A stretch of DNA of 63,987 nt, filler included, from Basidiobolus ranarum (Eukaryota): NCBI GenBank assembly GCA_040143965.1. It is 3 parts of 3 records of this genome, joined end to end, with 100 filler letters (N's around TTAATTAATTAA, not from the genome) between each part and the next. Parts side by side here need not be neighbours in the genome. Positions count along the whole stretch, not along the records: positions 1 to 21,614 come from JASJQH010000200.1; positions 21,715 to 43,319 come from JASJQH010000201.1; 1 more part is not named here. One strand, given 5' to 3'. The notes under the pieces are model-generated. The model did not search any database. It had not been told where the DNA came from and saw only the letters and a list, made by a program, of their open reading frames with translations. A program made the translations under genes and the position numbers. Below, piece by piece: positions 13,301 through 26,759 of this stretch (its first letter is position 1; every line of letters starts with the position of its first letter).

Positions 13301-13890
13301 CTCCCTTAGGCAAAACTCATATCATCCAATCCATGCAATCTGAAGGTGAGGTTGTAGCCATGGTTGGTGACGGTATTAATGATTCACCCGCTCTGGCTGC
13401 CTCTGACGTTGGTATTGCCGTATGTTCAGGAACCGATATCGCTATGGAAGCTGCGAGTATTGTTCTTATGAGAGCAGATCTATGCGATGTTGTAGCAGCA
13501 ATTGACCTTTCTAGAGTAATATTTCAACGGATTCGAATGAATTTTATATGGGCGTCTGCGTATAATTTAGTAGCGATTCCAATTGCCATGGGATTCTTTC
13601 TACCTTGGGGAGTTATGATGCATCCTATGATTGCAGGTGCCGCCATGGCATTTTCCAGTGTTAGTGTCGTATGCTCTAGTCTCTTACTTAAATTTTACAA
13701 AAAACCCAACTGTGAAGGAGAAAATATCGGTCCGAATATGGAGATGGAGATGCAAACTACTTCACTTCATGATAACGAAATACTATTTGAATCGGAAAAT
13801 CTTATGGGTAATATTCGAGGTAACTTGGCACCTGGCTTCTCCCAAACTTATATGAAACTTTCCGACACTGAATCCGAGATAATATTGTAG
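10321..13890 (+). CDS. CCC2: P1B-1 copper-transporting ATPase (Ccc2/ATP7 type), intronless
   Basis: Five GMx CxxC metal-binding domains, TGE, CPCALGL, DKTGT, SEHPL, GDGIND, YN and MAFSS Cu(I) transmembrane motifs. Confidence 0.96.
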   Translation: MTQETISLNVHGMTCQSCVKAINTALEPLGGVVQVKVSLENNTVEIGFEPQLIEVKVLVEAIENCGFLVSLPSQLSLISKSTTIELDIKGMTCQSCVKAIESVLLPNPGVIDLRVSLEQNNATVTFEEDVIALKEIVSTIEDCGFEVKSPLELVGPTPMETCVIPVEGMTCQSCVRAIEQALKPLDGVDSVSVDLDAKQATVVYDQAVINKQFIIGTIEDCGFEVPTGPIKKVKDSQIDRAMALLEEFPSIAYDKNIDPADMIPLISIRSHQFDQESVVAGSVSVHGMSCASCVANIERTSMGHHGIVSITVSLLSERADVQYDSNVISLDEIANIISAIGFEAAPIEMNRQGDVTLKIFGMTCASCVNSIEKEISKMPGVSSISVNLALESAHILFDSEITGIRNIVNRIHEIGFDALLSDFNSNAQLESLEKTREIQEWKRAFYRALFFTLPVLAIHKFFPYFSWGRSFIHYNLLPGLPLGDLIQMILTIPVQFGVGNRFYISAYKAIAHGNPTMDVLVILGTSSAFFFSLLSLIISILHPKHPQPSTFFEASAMLITFVTLGRYLENKAKSKTSTALSKLISLTPSTAVLLEHDDDGHVIQEKKISTDLVQKGDILKIFPGEKVPADGTVKSGSSSVDESMVTGEPIPISKKPGDSVIGGTVNGMGSFTMEATRVGSETALSQIVKLVEEAQTKKAPIQAMADTIAGYFVPTVIALGLGTFFVWLTICYTTEHLPQMFYEDSSFVFVCLKLCISVIVVACPCALGLSVPTAVMVGTGVGAQHGILIKGGEPLETAHKITKLVFDKTGTLTMGKLGVTHFEISPFAAHLSSDKFWRLITAVESNSEHPLGRAIVLYTEQQMNLDLSDIDIADFEAAPGLGVVCRATIAESTTEVVIGNEKLLLQKQCDIPGDLSEVIKSHRRKGNVVILISLDSNFAGFICLSDVIRPEARRAIKALDKMGISCAMVTGDQELTAQAIAAECGITEIHAGVSPLGKTHIIQSMQSEGEVVAMVGDGINDSPALAASDVGIAVCSGTDIAMEAASIVLMRADLCDVVAAIDLSRVIFQRIRMNFIWASAYNLVAIPIAMGFFLPWGVMMHPMIAGAAMAFSSVSVVCSSLLLKFYKKPNCEGENIGPNMEMEMQTTSLHDNEILFESENLMGNIRGNLAPGFSQTYMKLSDTESEIIL

Positions 13891-14329
13891 AGAATATACA
13901 AAGACATAGGTCAAGTTAAATAATTCTATTTGTTTGGTTACTATAGACAAGGAATTTATTGCTCTGTTGATTTTCAATTCCTCACATCTACCAGATTGTG
14001 GCTTCTTTTGTAATGGAATGGGAGAGGAGAGAAGAGAAGAGAAAAGGAATTATATTGAAGAAATTGAGAACATTCAAGTTATTAGTTGTACACTTAATTT
14101 CTCATTGGAATTACATAATAAAATTTTGTGGACCTTTTTTAAAACCCCAATGAAGATGTATAACAAATATGCAACTCTGCAAAGCTCTGTTCAACACTCT
14201 TAATTCTACACCTTTAATCTCTCAAAAGTTTAATAAATAAGCGTAAGGCTGGGGGATTATGAATATTATGTATGTGGAAGAGAAACTAAAGAATAAATAC
14301 AAACAAGAAAGAAAGGCGCAAGAAAATCG

Positions 14330-17300
14330 TCAATGGCTTACTTGACTCTCTACGGTTAAGCCTAGTAACTCGTTCATGATGGAGTGTTGAAGAGATTTCT
14401 TGAGAGAATGATCAAGGTATTGGTCGAGTATCCGGGAGAAGTTGTCTCTACTCGAGCTGGCAAATACTTTCACGATTTCAAATAACATGGCTATGATCGG
14501 TTTCATCATTTCCTGATTGATGGCTTCGGGGTTAGAGAAGGTGATCAATGCTCTAATAAGAGAGCTGAGCAAGCCCGGAGATTCACCCAATCTCTTCTGA
14601 AACTCTCTACTTTGTACGACGATGAGCTCATAAATTAACAGACACCAATACTCATACTTTGCCAATTTACTCTCCTCTGTCAAGTAACTCACTACACTCT
14701 TGGTAGTGACGAATTCCTGGAATCTTGCGGCAATCAGGGAGACCTGAGATTCCAAGAATTGTTCCCGATTGTTGAAATGCACAGCTATCTTGGCGAGGAT
14801 CTCCAGCGCCATGTCCTCGTAGAGCTCCGTATCCGAATTTAAAAAGTCCATTAACCCTTCGATGATGGCAAGAGCGATCTGTTGATCATGAAAAGTAACC
14901 ATATTCCCGATATTCCCCAAGATGCACAGGAAATTCTTCCGCAGCTCCAAGATTCTGTCCGAGCCATCCTTGAACCTTCCTCTGAATATCTGCGCCGTGA
15001 TCTCCAACAAGTAACTATCGCGAGCCAGGAACGGCTGGTTGGTACCCACAAATGAATAGTGTTTCAACAACATAGAGCTGACAACCGACTGTTCATTGGT
15101 TAAATTCTTCTCTCGTCCCTTTAACGAGCACATATCTACGCGAGATGATTCAAATAAAGAAGAATATGTGGTTGAGTGATCATTTTCTTCTGCTTTAAGA
15201 TCGTCAAACTCCAGCGAATCTTCAATCAGACTTAGGATTGCTTCACAAAGCTCCGGTGATTGTTCCAGCGAAAAGTTGAAATGTTTCTCCAACGACAGCA
15301 TTGACAATATATTTAAGGCGTTCGTGGTCTCCATAGGTAAGCCTGATTTGATCGACATAGTTAAAGCATGAATGTCGATGACACCTAGAATATGTAAATA
15401 TGATCAGCAACGGTCAAATGAGAGGGTCACATGAGCACCCAACACTAAATAAATAACAAACCTAGCTCCCCTGCTTTGGGCCAAATTTTGTTAGGGATTG
15501 GGGATTCGACTTGCTCCAAATCATATCCACCATATGTATTTACAAATCTAGTATATGGATGATAAGAATTCTTGACCTTTTGTTTGTCTCGAGACCCGGT
15601 TATAGAGACTGCTGTTCTTAGTTTCGTAGATGCTAAAGGTGGGGTTGCTTTGGGTTGGCCTGGACTAGACGACCGAACAGATCCAAAGACGTTAGCGCTA
15701 CGTGACGGGGACCCTTGATTACTCTACAATGGAACAAAGTCAGCCCCGTTCATATTCTCTTTGACATAGTGAATGGTACATACCTGAACGCTCGGTGATC
15801 TCGGGATTAATGGCTTATTGTATGGTGAATGTCCTACGAAAAGAAACATACAGGTTTAAAATGGGAGAGTGAGGGGATTGTGTAATTGTAGCCGGAACAA
15901 ACCTCTAGAAAACATCTCTGGCTGTGGAGAATTGCTTAATCTTTTGATTCCACTGATTTTGTTATCGGTAGGCCGGAAGGATTCCACCGATGAATTTGAA
16001 TGATTCTCCTGACCAAGATGTTGTTCAAACGGTAATAATAAAGTGTGGTAGCATGATTTTAATGACCAAGGTGCTTTCAAAGCTGGGTCATTAAAGCCCA
16101 ATCGTTCGGCAATCTGTACCCAGTAGCCCATCTTATCCACCTAAAACATGTCGAGAATATGAATGGCTTTTCAAGTTAAATCATTAAGTAGAGTTGTAAT
16201 TACTTGTTCTACTCCTCCAAGCTTGGTGACAGTTGAGTACAATGTCCAAAGATTGACCACTTGATTACCCAACATCGGTGGTTTAGTGATCGGGGTATTT
16301 CTTTGTTTCATAAAGTCGGTTAAACTACGCAAGAATTGCTGTGGATTAAGATTGATTTTCGTATCAGCTCTGGTGGAGTTGTTAGGGAGTGGATTTTTGG
16401 GGGCTTCGTCAATTCGAGGATATCCATCGGATTGATTTATTGGCTCATTAAATGATGCGGAAGTGACAGTAGGTTGATTAAACGATACTCTATTGGTAAT
16501 GGTTGGATTGTTAAAATTATGGGCTTGTAGATTGGTTAATGTGTTGGATGTTTCATTGGTATACAGATGTTGATGTTGGTTGGTTTCTTCGTTTTGTGTT
16601 GGATTGGCAGTAGACTGAGGATACTGTTGCGATGAGTTCGAAGAGACGTAGGAAAGTGAATTAGTATTGGATTGCACTTGTGGTTGAAACCCTGGTGGTG
16701 CATATTGGTGGCTAGGTAGTTGGCTTTGTTGCGGTGACATCGAATACACCTGATCTTCATTGCTCATTGCTCGATGCGGTTGTTGTTGTTGCTGCTGCTG
16801 TTGTGGTGGTATCTGGGCTCTTTGGATCGATTGTGTGGACGAAAGAGTTGGCACTTGACCAATGTTGTTGGATGACATCTGGCTACTACCTAGGCTGGAG
16901 GATAATCCCGATGTGAACTGCGAGGTGGATGACACAACAGGGTAGTTCATACCATGCTGCGATATGGAGCTTTTTCTAGGCGGTATCAAGGACGGCTTCT
17001 CATTTGAATATGGAAATGAATAATACGGTTGGTTGGAGGAAGAAGAACTCAAGCCATTTTGATTGAGGTCGTGATTGTGATTGTTGTGATCATTACTCTC
17101 AGTCTCCTTAGACAATATATTACGACTATTGTCAGATGCTTTTTCTCCAAATGAACTGTGAGGTTCCAGATACTCTTGTTGCACTTGGGGTATACCATTG
17201 TAAGACAATCTCTGTTGGTTCGTATTTTGAGTTTCGTAAGCCATGGAGGAAGCCTCATAGTTGGAACTGACAAAGGACGCATTAGACTCTTCATTATGTC

Positions 17301-17709
17301 GGGTTTCATTCGTGTTGGAGTATTGATTTCTTGTTTCCAGTATAGGCAACGACTGGTTATGGTTGAAGGTGGGATAATTTTGATTATAAACCTGAGTTGG
17401 ATAATTGTTTCTTTGTTCCAAAGTATTTGGATAACTGTTTTCCTCTCCATAGTTTGATGGAGCTTGGTTATTCAAAGAAGAATAGTCCTGGTATATATTA
17501 CCATTATCACACTGCTGTTGTGAAGGTAAATTCACTGGATCTAAGTTTCCCATTCCAGGCAAGTAATTACTTGGAAAGGAAGGGTTAAGTGCGTTTTCTT
17601 GACCCCCTGAGGAGCCATCTAAATTATATGGATATATTACACGATTCTGAGCTGATGGTTTTGGATGCAGCTGTCGTTGCTGAAAACCGTTATGGAAGTT
17701 TGAGTCCAT
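14330..17709 (-). CDS. ARID-domain SWI/SNF subunit (SWI1/ARID1-like), about 5 exons
   Basis: Q/N/S-rich N-terminus with poly-Q, ARID core FLRSLTDFMKQRNTPITKPPMLGNQVVNLWTLYSTVTKLGG...WVQIAERLGF...LKSCYHTLLLPFE, then SIKSGLPMETTNALNIL helical BAF250_C-like region; probable ATG 17709. Confidence 0.82.
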
Positions 17710-19054
17710 TCGCAAAAAAAAGTACAAAAATAGAAAGTGGTAGCGAATAAACGTATGTAAAAGCTAAACCAACAGAAAACTTGGGTTGTTCGAATAACTT
17801 TACTAAAGAAAAGGTTTACTTAACTTCCTAGCTCACAAAGTAGAGTCAATTACTGAAGTTGTGTTACAAAGAAGGCTAAGGTTTACAAGAAATTTTTATC
17901 TATTCCAAAGAATTTCACCATTTTGCGCATGATATGAATTTTATGGTGGAATGGAAAATGATTATTATTAAACAAACATATAAACAAGTACTAATCATAA
18001 TTGACTAACAAAGATTCAAACCCAGCAACGCTTAGACTAAAAACACAATCATGAAGAGTAAAACAATGTATAATGAAAAGTAAACAAAAGCAAGGCTCTT
18101 GGCGCACTCTGGTCATAGCTTGGTTTGTTTACTTTATCAAGAAGAGACTCATAATGGCTTCTAGGGTAGTGTCAAAAAAGAAGGGTAGCGTTAAGATGAC
18201 TACTGGATTACTAGCTCTGACGGTATAGATCAGGTGATGTGTTCCAAGAGGATTACGGAGAGATGATTGGGTTTATACCTTACCAAATACCGCTCATCTG
18301 GTATGAATTGATCGAACACGAAAGGTTCTGCACTTACCATATTAAGACCGATCGAGATGGTTCTATTTTACTTCCGAATAATCCGAACCCTAAGTAAATA
18401 ACCCTAATCCTAACGCTCGAGAACGCTAGCGTATTCATTCATAAGCTGCTGTCATGGAGTAGACACAACTGGGGGAGTATCCGGAGAGATCGTTCAGAGT
18501 ATTGGCATTGTAAGCCTGATCGAGAACCAGAGAAGATAAGATCCACGAGAATTCTAGGAAATACCGAACAAAAGAACTTAGGAGAGTAATAAACAATACT
18601 AATCCAGATGGACCTAAAGGTCGAGGTCCTGATTCCATTAAAAAAAACTGATTAGAATGGAAATTCCCTTTATCGAAGTGACATCTAAAGCTATCCTCCT
18701 TTCAGACGCATGTTTGGATTCAACTCCTCGTGCCTGTATTATTGTTATTGCATACATGGAACGCCCAGTGTATTGCGACAAGTGTCAGTTGGATTTGGAT
18801 GGCCTTTGGATGCCTCATCGAATGGATGCGCATTGATAGCAAATACTGTGATTTTCTAGATAAAAAATCTCGACTAGATTCCCTAGAAGTTGGGAATTAG
18901 ATTGAATCTAAAACGATCTATTATACATATTAGGTATGCGCAATCAAATTACTTGAGTTTCCAGGTTTTGGTGAATATATTTAAAGGGAGTGGAGAGCTC
19001 ATTTTCCGATCACAGTTGCTTTTGCTTCTTCATCACTTTTTTAAATCATCTAAA

Positions 19055-20578
19055 ATGACCTCCCGTCTTGCTTGGATTTCCAACCTCAGTATCGATGTTC
19101 AGCCTTCTTCCAAGAGAAGAACCGCCGTCATCTGTACCATCGGTCCCAAGACCAACAGTGTCGAAAAGATGAACCAACTTCGTGCTGCTGGTATGAACAT
19201 TGTTCGTATGAACTTCTCCCATGGTTCTTATGAATACCACGGTTCCGTCATTGCCAATGCCCGTGAAAGTCAAAAGACCTTCATGCCTGAATCCCCAGTT
19301 GCTATCGCTCTCGATACCAAGGGTCCTGAGATCCGTACTGGTCTCATGGCTAACGATGTTGAGGTCCCTATCCTTGCTGGTCACGAGATGCTCTTCACCA
19401 CTGATGACAAATACGCCGAGTTGTGCGATGGTGAAAGAATGTATGTTGACTACAAGAACCTCCCCAAGGTTATTGAAGCTGGCAAGATCATCTATGTTGA
19501 TGATGGTATTCTCTCCTTCGAAGTTATCGAAGTTCTCGGAGCTGATGTCAAGGTCCGTGCCTTGAACAACGGTAAGCTTTGCTCCAAGAAGGGAGTCAAT
19601 CTTCCTAAGACCGATGTCGATCTCCCCGCCCTTTCCGAGAAGGACAAGGCTGATCTTCGTTTCGGTGTTGAACAAGGTGTTGATATGATCTTTGCTTCTT
19701 TCATCCGTTCCGCTCAAGATGTCCGTGACATCAGAGCTGTTCTCGGAGAGAAGGGTAAGCACATCAAGATCATTGTCAAGATCGAGAACTACCAAGGTGT
19801 CTACAACTTCCCTGAAATCTTGAAGGAGACTGATGGTGTTATGGTTGCCCGTGGTGATTTGGGTATTGAAATTCCTTGCGAACGTGTCTTCATCGCTCAA
19901 AAGGCTATCATCTCCCAATGCAACCAAGCTGGTAAGCCCGTTATCTGCGCTACCCAAATGCTCGAATCTATGACCTACAACCCCAGACCTACTCGTGCTG
20001 AAGTCAGTGATGTTGCTAACGCTGTTCTTGATGGTGCTGATTGCGTCATGTTGTCTGGTGAAACTGCCAAGGGTAACTATCCTGTTGAGGCTGTTACCAC
20101 CATGGCTGAAGCTTGCCAACTCGCTGAGTCTGTCATCTGCTACCCTCAACTCTTCAACGAGCTTCGTGGTCTTACCCAAAGACCTACTGATACCACCGAG
20201 ACCGTTGCCTCCTCTGCTGTTAACGCTGCTTTGGAAGCCGGAGCTGGTGCCATTGTTGTCTTGACCCAATCCGGTAACAGTGCTCGTCTTGTTTCCAAGT
20301 ACCGCCCTAGCTGCCCTATCATCACCGTTACTCGTAACGGTAGCGTTGCTCGTCAAGCTCATCTCCACTCTGGATGTTATCCTTTCCTTTACCAACAACC
20401 CGCTGTTGAAGGTTCTGACCCCAAGGAATGGCAAGAGGATGTTGATGCTCGTATCGAGTTCGCCATTGAACAAGGTGTCAAGAATAACTTGGTCCAAAGA
20501 GGACAACCTATCGTTGTTGTCCAAGGTTACAAGGAAGGTCTTGGTCACACCAACAACATGCGTGTTGTCATTGCTTAA
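19055..20578 (+). CDS. PYK1: Pyruvate kinase, intronless
   Basis: [55 protein letters not shown]; strong codon bias; true ATG at 19055. Confidence 0.98.
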   Translation: MTSRLAWISNLSIDVQPSSKRRTAVICTIGPKTNSVEKMNQLRAAGMNIVRMNFSHGSYEYHGSVIANARESQKTFMPESPVAIALDTKGPEIRTGLMANDVEVPILAGHEMLFTTDDKYAELCDGERMYVDYKNLPKVIEAGKIIYVDDGILSFEVIEVLGADVKVRALNNGKLCSKKGVNLPKTDVDLPALSEKDKADLRFGVEQGVDMIFASFIRSAQDVRDIRAVLGEKGKHIKIIVKIENYQGVYNFPEILKETDGVMVARGDLGIEIPCERVFIAQKAIISQCNQAGKPVICATQMLESMTYNPRPTRAEVSDVANAVLDGADCVMLSGETAKGNYPVEAVTTMAEACQLAESVICYPQLFNELRGLTQRPTDTTETVASSAVNAALEAGAGAIVVLTQSGNSARLVSKYRPSCPIITVTRNGSVARQAHLHSGCYPFLYQQPAVEGSDPKEWQEDVDARIEFAIEQGVKNNLVQRGQPIVVVQGYKEGLGHTNNMRVVIA

Positions 20579-21399
20579 GTTGGTTTTAATTTAACTTAGA
20601 TTGCCTTAACACCAATTGTATATCTTATTTTAATAAATATCATAGAACATAACAAACTTGTAATTAATAATGTAAGGAATATTTCCCGAGCAACAGAGAT
20701 GGTATCCAGTGATGGTATCCTTGTGGCTATGAGTATCGGATTCAGCATCTGATTCTGCACACGTGCCACACCACAGGCTTATTTCAGCAGGAAAAAAAGG
20801 AGGAAAAGGAAAAGAAATTATTAGAATTAGTTGTACAAGGATAATCAATCAGATTGAAATTGAGCCCTTTAATCCTCTCTTGTCGCCCTCGTATCCCTAC
20901 CAGTTAATCAGAATTTCGATTCGGTAAAGCATGGCATTAACTTTAATCTGATGCTGGCTGATGTTGATGGATGCTAGAGAGCTATGATGTAAACTGTATG
21001 GGCTACGTATGTTAATGAGTGTATACCATTGGATCGGTATCCTGACTGTCTTAGCCATTGTGAATTATGTCGTGGAAATTCCATGCGAGTAGCGGATTTG
21101 GGGAGAGTGGAGCCAGACTAGATCCAACACAGAACTCGATCCAATTGCAGAATTCAACTAATCGATTAGATTGTTTTGTGATAGGCTTAACCTAAGGATA
21201 TCATGAAGAGCATTCATCGAAATCGACCCTAATTGTTCCAGAACAATTGATATATTGATATTACGAAGTTAAAATTCAATCGATTACCCAATTAGGTTGC
21301 AAGAAAATCCAGTTTTTTGATCTTTCATTCACTATAAAGCTGACTGGATTGATTCCCCTAATCATCACATCTATTTCTTCTTTGTTTACTTGATTTAAT

Positions 21400-21614
21400 A
21401 TGACCTCCCGTCTTGCTTGGATTTCCAACCTCAGTATCGATGTTGAGCCTTCTTCCAAGAGAAGAACCGCCATCATCTGTACCATCGGTCCCAAGACCAA
21501 CAATGTCGAAAAGATGAACCAACTTCGTGCTGCTGGTATGAACATTGTTCGTATGAACTTCTCCCATGGTTCTTATGAATACCACGGTTCCGTCATTGCC
21601 AATGCCCGTGAAAG
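21400..21614 (+). CDS. Second pyruvate kinase copy, truncated by assembly gap
   Basis: 212 of 215 nt identical to 19055-19269; unrelated upstream sequence with TATAAA. Confidence 0.9.
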
Positions 21615-21714
21615 NNNNNNNNNNNNNNNNNNNNNNNNNNNNNNNNNNNNNNNNNNNNTTAATTAATTAANNNNNNNNNNNNNNNNNNNNNNNNNNNNNN
21701 NNNNNNNNNNNNNN
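21615..21714. other. Assembly gap/contig linker
   Basis: N44-TTAATTAATTAA-N44 (stops in all six frames). Confidence 0.97.
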
Positions 21715-22797
21715 AGATATTCCTATTTAGAATATAGGGGCTATAGATATGTTGCTTTCTGTTTCTGATATATGTATCATAACTAAAGTTAACTATGATG
21801 TTGAATAAAGATTAATTATCCAACAGATTGCTGAGAAGCAGCATTTTCCTTCTATGTATGATGTCATAATAGCTGTCAATGTGGAAAAATACAATGCATT
21901 ATATTTGAACAATATGGTAACTTCACTATTGATTGATTCTGAGAGATTTGATTTATACACATAATATATATGAAATACTCAATGGTAATGGTCAAAACTA
22001 TAATGTAAACAGTTTGGATTATATAACACATATACCTGGAAAGATAGTCATTTTTCGTGCAAAAATTATGCTGAGCTCAAGACTGATTCATTAGCAGCAA
22101 CATATATAAATGTATGGAATAACACCAAGTGTAGTGAAATCACCTTCAAAAATCCAAGACTGCTATTTGAGCTCTACTTAGGCTATGTGACAAATATCAA
22201 GTTCATGCATGGGGTGAATGCATGCGAAAAAAGGGAACCAGTTAGAGTGCTAGTGTATATCCTAGACATAGTTTAAAGTACATATATATACAGACAGGTT
22301 ATTATCCTTAGTACAATAGCAACCTCTAAGTAAATACAAAAGCTACTTTGTACATCAATAAATGGGCATTATTCGGTTCAGTCAGAGCTCAGGAAAAGCA
22401 GTCCTATGTTACACTAGTCACATCAGCGTATACTACTGACATGATCTTACTACTGAAATTATCTCACACTACTGACATTATCTTAGCATCGAAACGGGCC
22501 GGTTATCCAAATGAGGTGTCACCTCTCCCTAGTCTATCTAAAACCAATTAAACGGTAGAATTAAAAAAGAGTGGAGAAAGGATCACTTGATTTGTCTATT
22601 TAGACGAAAATCACCATGAGATTAATGAGGTGGAAGAGTAAATTGGCTCTTAATAGTAAGACAATCTTGAATTATCAGTCACATTACTTGAGTGTTGGCA
22701 ATACAATACAAAAAGCTGTATTTGTATAAGGTTACTCACCCCCCTCTTACTCAGCTATAATAACTGTAAACAACCAGAGTTGAAGAGCCTCGGTAAA

Positions 22798-24331
22798 ATG
22801 TATCCACCTAGTGCAGTCAATGCATCTCAGCTATCCATTGAAATGTCGCCTACTCATTTTCAAGACGAAATCGTTCCATGCCCAAGTTCACCAAACTTAG
22901 GATACTTGCCTAATCTAAGTAACACTTCCAAGTTGGTGCATCGTGCAGCCAGCCCCAAGGATTTCGAACACGATTCAGACACCCAAGATGAACTCGATCC
23001 TTTGTTACTAGGTTCCAGACGTATGTCTTTGGACGAGTTAAAACAAGTGAAAAAGAAGCATGGGAAGGACGTATACTCTTTCTATGAAGAACAAAATCAG
23101 ATCATTGACGATTTTTTAACCCCGGTGAACTTTGTTAGTTCTGACCAGGACTCACGTTTACTAAAGGTATCTAACGAAACTTTACCTAATTCGCTTTAAT
23201 TGGTCGGTTTTTAAATAGAACCTTTAGGTGAAAATCGCGGTCTATGGCTCGTTTGGTGCGAATATTGCTTTGTTTGCACTACAACTGTATGCAGCAATCA
23301 GTTCGGGATCGCTATCTTTATTTGCAACTATGGCTGATTCATTCATGGACCTCTTCTCTAGCGCAGTTTTGGTTTTTGCTGCTAGAGCAGCTGCTAAAAG
23401 CAACATGCTCAAATATCCCACCGTATGTGCTATATATCTCCACCCCAGCAAATCCTCCCACCTTTACTGATCTCTTCTTGTAGGGAAAGGCCCGTATGGA
23501 GACGGTTGGAATCATTGTATTCTCAGCGTTAATGGGGACACTTTCACTGGAATTGATTGTAAGTAAATGGGCAGTCTCTTTTCCTGGTTTCGTGACTGAT
23601 GGTTATTTGAATAGATCGAGGGAGTGAAGGCGCTAATCAGTCGCGATCATCGACCTGTATTAGATACTTGGAGTATAGTGTGTGTGTCTGTGGCTATAGG
23701 AACCAAATTCTTGTTGTTCCTCTACTGCAGAGCCCTCAGAGAATTTCCAGCCGCAAAAACGTTCGCACAAGATCATCAGAACGACCTTTTGGTAAATGGA
23801 TTTGGCTTGACAGCTTCTTTGTTGGGTAGTAAAATCTACTGGTGGATTGATCCTGTGGGAGCTTTGATAGTCGCACTGATCATATTAAGATCTTGGACTG
23901 CAACTGCTTACGGTTAGTATCAATTTATTCAGTCTACGTGTATATATGTATTAAACATACACTTTATTAGAAAATATCCAATTAATAGTGGGAAAATCGG
24001 CAGATACCAACTTTCTGAAGAAGGTCACTTATATCGGTAATCTCCTCCAAAGAAATTCATTCTGGAATATTGTTCACTAATTCGTTGGAAATTAGCATTG
24101 ACCCATCATCCCAAAGTTTTACAAGTCGATACTTGCCGTGCCTACCATGCCGGTCATAACATGTTCGTCGAAGTAGACATTGTAATGTCCCCAGAAACGC
24201 CGCTGTTCGAGAGCCATGATATTGGGGAGAGTTTACAGATCAAATTAGAAACCCTGCCAAACGTAGAGCGTGCCTTTGTTCATGTTGATTATGAGACTAG
24301 TCATGCACCAGAACATCAAAAAGCTCAGTAG
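22798..24331 (+). CDS. Cation diffusion facilitator, Mn-CDF (MTP8/9-like) group, about 6 exons
   Basis: SGSLSLFATMADSFMD (DxxxD in TM2), KYPTGKARME, AQDHQND (DxxxD in TM5), WWIDPVGA, HDIGESLQIKLETLPNVERAFVHVDYE. Confidence 0.92.
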
Positions 24332-24657
24332 TTTTCTCTCCAGGTTCAATGGAGAAAAGAGAAGAACCTGGTTCAGATGTACCATATAGGAAGTACGAAA
24401 ATTTATCAATTTCGATGTATTTATTGTGAACATTTGTGATATTATTGGAATAAAAAATTCATTTCTATCAGCCCCCTTCTCCCTCTCTCTTCACTTTGCT
24501 TTGATCAGCTCCAGTAGGTATCTTTTATTTATCATGTGGTGCCGATGTATGAAAGATTTTCTTGAGTGGTCCAATTTAAAGAGCATTGCTGATGATGAGA
24601 AGAAATGACTGTACAAAAAGATAGTAGATTCGAAGCACAACTACTCATATGTTATTA

Positions 24658-25917
24658 TTATAGATACAACGAAGCTTCTTTTCGAAATCCTTCTGAATGA
24701 TTTGTGCTCTTCCTTTCATTCGTAATCTCCGTCTTGTTGACATCTAAACTCTGACTATTGACTGAATATATTTCATATCTACGCTCTTCCATTCCCGCCA
24801 TGGATAAGCTAGTGTCAGAATTCGTAGCTTGGTTTAAATGAACTAGGTAGGGACGCTCTGAAGCTTCATTTTCTTGAGTGTTCCTGTTATCGCTAAGTAG
24901 ACACTTCTTTAAGCACCAAAATAGTATCTGGGGTTTCCATGACGCAATACCAACTTCGTTATAGGGATTTGAAGACAAGGAATGAATGTACCGATCGGTG
25001 ATATCGGCTTGAATCCGCTTCCATGCGTGTATCACTGCTGGATCAAACAAAAGTACGATGGCGTTGAAAGTACCCTGCAGTGAGCCAGCGAAATAAGCCA
25101 AAAAGAACAAAGGGAAGTTAGCCCTTCGATGAATATAAATATCCATTTCCTGAACGATATTGATACCCTGAGTAAATATTGGGATCATTGGGTACAGCAA
25201 AATTCGGCGTACAGCTTTCAAAATGTCTTTATCAATATTGGTTTTGCCTTGCCATTCTGATCCGAGTTCGTGGTTGGTTGTGTGGTGTATGTGGGAGCGA
25301 ATCAGGCGACTCTCTTTGATAAGTTTATATATCACCAAACCGATAGCAATTATGCAGTATAAGACACTTGCAACGATCCATCCTAGGTAGGTCATCCATT
25401 CCCATAGAATAGTCCTCGACGTGTAGCCATTAGTCCACCAACATGTTTTCGATTCTGCGTAAAAGCCGTACTTTCGTTCAAAGAATGGGGTGATGCTTAT
25501 CAATAAGGATAGAAAGAGTGAGGCGCCGTAGTAATATTTCACGTAGCTAGAAGTGTTATTCTTCCCATGAACAAAAACTATCTGCAAATTAAATGCAATC
25601 ATAGTATTCAAAAATAGGTAAAGTAATGTGAACAAGATGAGCAGCCAAACACTCAACATGCACCAGACAGTGTCCTTGTTATTCTGGATGTTTAGAATTT
25701 GAGCGCCGCAATAGCCAACATCTACCAATGCCACCCATTTGTTCAATCTCAATGAAACTCGATCTACCAGATGTCTGTCGTAATACTTGAGCCCCACCAG
25801 CATCAGAAAGGCGAGGGCCGAGAATACAATCGAGATACAGTTTGCAGCTACCGCGGCTGTAAACACAGACCCGTATTGGCTATTGACGTTGGAGAAGACC
25901 GGGGCCGAGGTCAGCAT
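24658..25917 (-). CDS. 7-TM GPCR-like protein (cAMP-receptor-like/Git3-like class), intronless
   Basis: Seven hydrophobic segments, DRVSLRL, TM3 Cys, CWW in ECL2, RRILLYP at TM6, QGTFNAIV in TM7. Confidence 0.75.
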   Translation of the reverse strand: MLTSAPVFSNVNSQYGSVFTAAVAANCISIVFSALAFLMLVGLKYYDRHLVDRVSLRLNKWVALVDVGYCGAQILNIQNNKDTVWCMLSVWLLILFTLLYLFLNTMIAFNLQIVFVHGKNNTSSYVKYYYGASLFLSLLISITPFFERKYGFYAESKTCWWTNGYTSRTILWEWMTYLGWIVASVLYCIIAIGLVIYKLIKESRLIRSHIHHTTNHELGSEWQGKTNIDKDILKAVRRILLYPMIPIFTQGINIVQEMDIYIHRRANFPLFFLAYFAGSLQGTFNAIVLLFDPAVIHAWKRIQADITDRYIHSLSSNPYNEVGIASWKPQILFWCLKKCLLSDNRNTQENEASERPYLVHLNQATNSDTSLSMAGMEERRYEIYSVNSQSLDVNKTEITNERKSTNHSEGFRKEASLYL

Positions 25918-26724
25918 ACTATTTTATCTTATTAAAACCTAGTAAGTGGGATTATTACGTGGTGAAAGAAAGATAATACACAACTATATTAGTCGAGGAA
26001 TTGTACATTTATAACCACGACGATGAAGGAATCTCCAATGTCCTCTTTATTGTTAGAGGAATACTTGCAAGATAGAGTGGAAGATACTTGGTTTTAGGAT
26101 AAAAGAAGAAGAAAGAGGAGGAAAGGGAAGTGAGTAGAAACGATGCGCTCTTAATGTCCTACCAACCAATGAGGAATAAATTGATGATCAAAGGGTCAGG
26201 AAGATACTCGAAACAAGAGCTTAGGTCAATCCAATAGACAAAACCAGAGACTTCTGCTTGAATGCGTTTAGATGTCGGCGGTGATTCATCTATGGGTGGT
26301 TTATATGCTAATCTCCGTAGACTTGTTACATCAGATCAGTCATGGAAATAATCCTTTTGCATTATAAACGACGAGACGGAGATGGAGCTTAGAGACCCGA
26401 TCAACCAGCATTCGTGATTTCACCTTCGCCGAATCAACTGCACTCATGGCCATTTCTCACATGAGGTGTCATACGACGAAACTGATCGATGACGAGCGTG
26501 TTTCCTACGTTCTAACGGTATTCTCCTTTAGCCCTTTGATACCCTTAAACCTGAGTACTTGAACTAGTGGAGACGTTCTAAACCCAACTGCTCAAACTAA
26601 AAGCTAGACTTACCGGAGCAATGGCGTAATAGTTGACAATGCGTCTAGGTCGATTGAATAGCACGGATGATCGCACTTTTCAGGATCATCCGCAAAAAGA
26701 GCCTCTGAATCAATATTTGCTAAT

Positions 26725-26759
26725 GGTGTTCACTTGGGGTGTTCACTTGCGGTGTTCAC
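26725..26759. repeat. 13-bp tandem repeat, about 2.7 copies
   Basis: GGTGTTCACTTGG GGTGTTCACTTGC GGTGTTCAC. Confidence 0.85.

Noticed and set aside
18890-19054. N-terminal extension of pyruvate kinase in the ORF track
   Set aside because: Starts at TTG and spans promoter/UTR; the duplicate copy begins exactly at the ATG equivalent to 19055
19046-20548. 500-aa antisense ORF over pyruvate kinase
   Set aside because: Codon-for-codon antisense frame kept open by strong codon bias; no independent motifs
21659-21670. Palindromic TTAATTAATTAA inside N runs (also 43364-43375)
   Set aside because: Artificial six-frame-stop linker inserted during scaffolding
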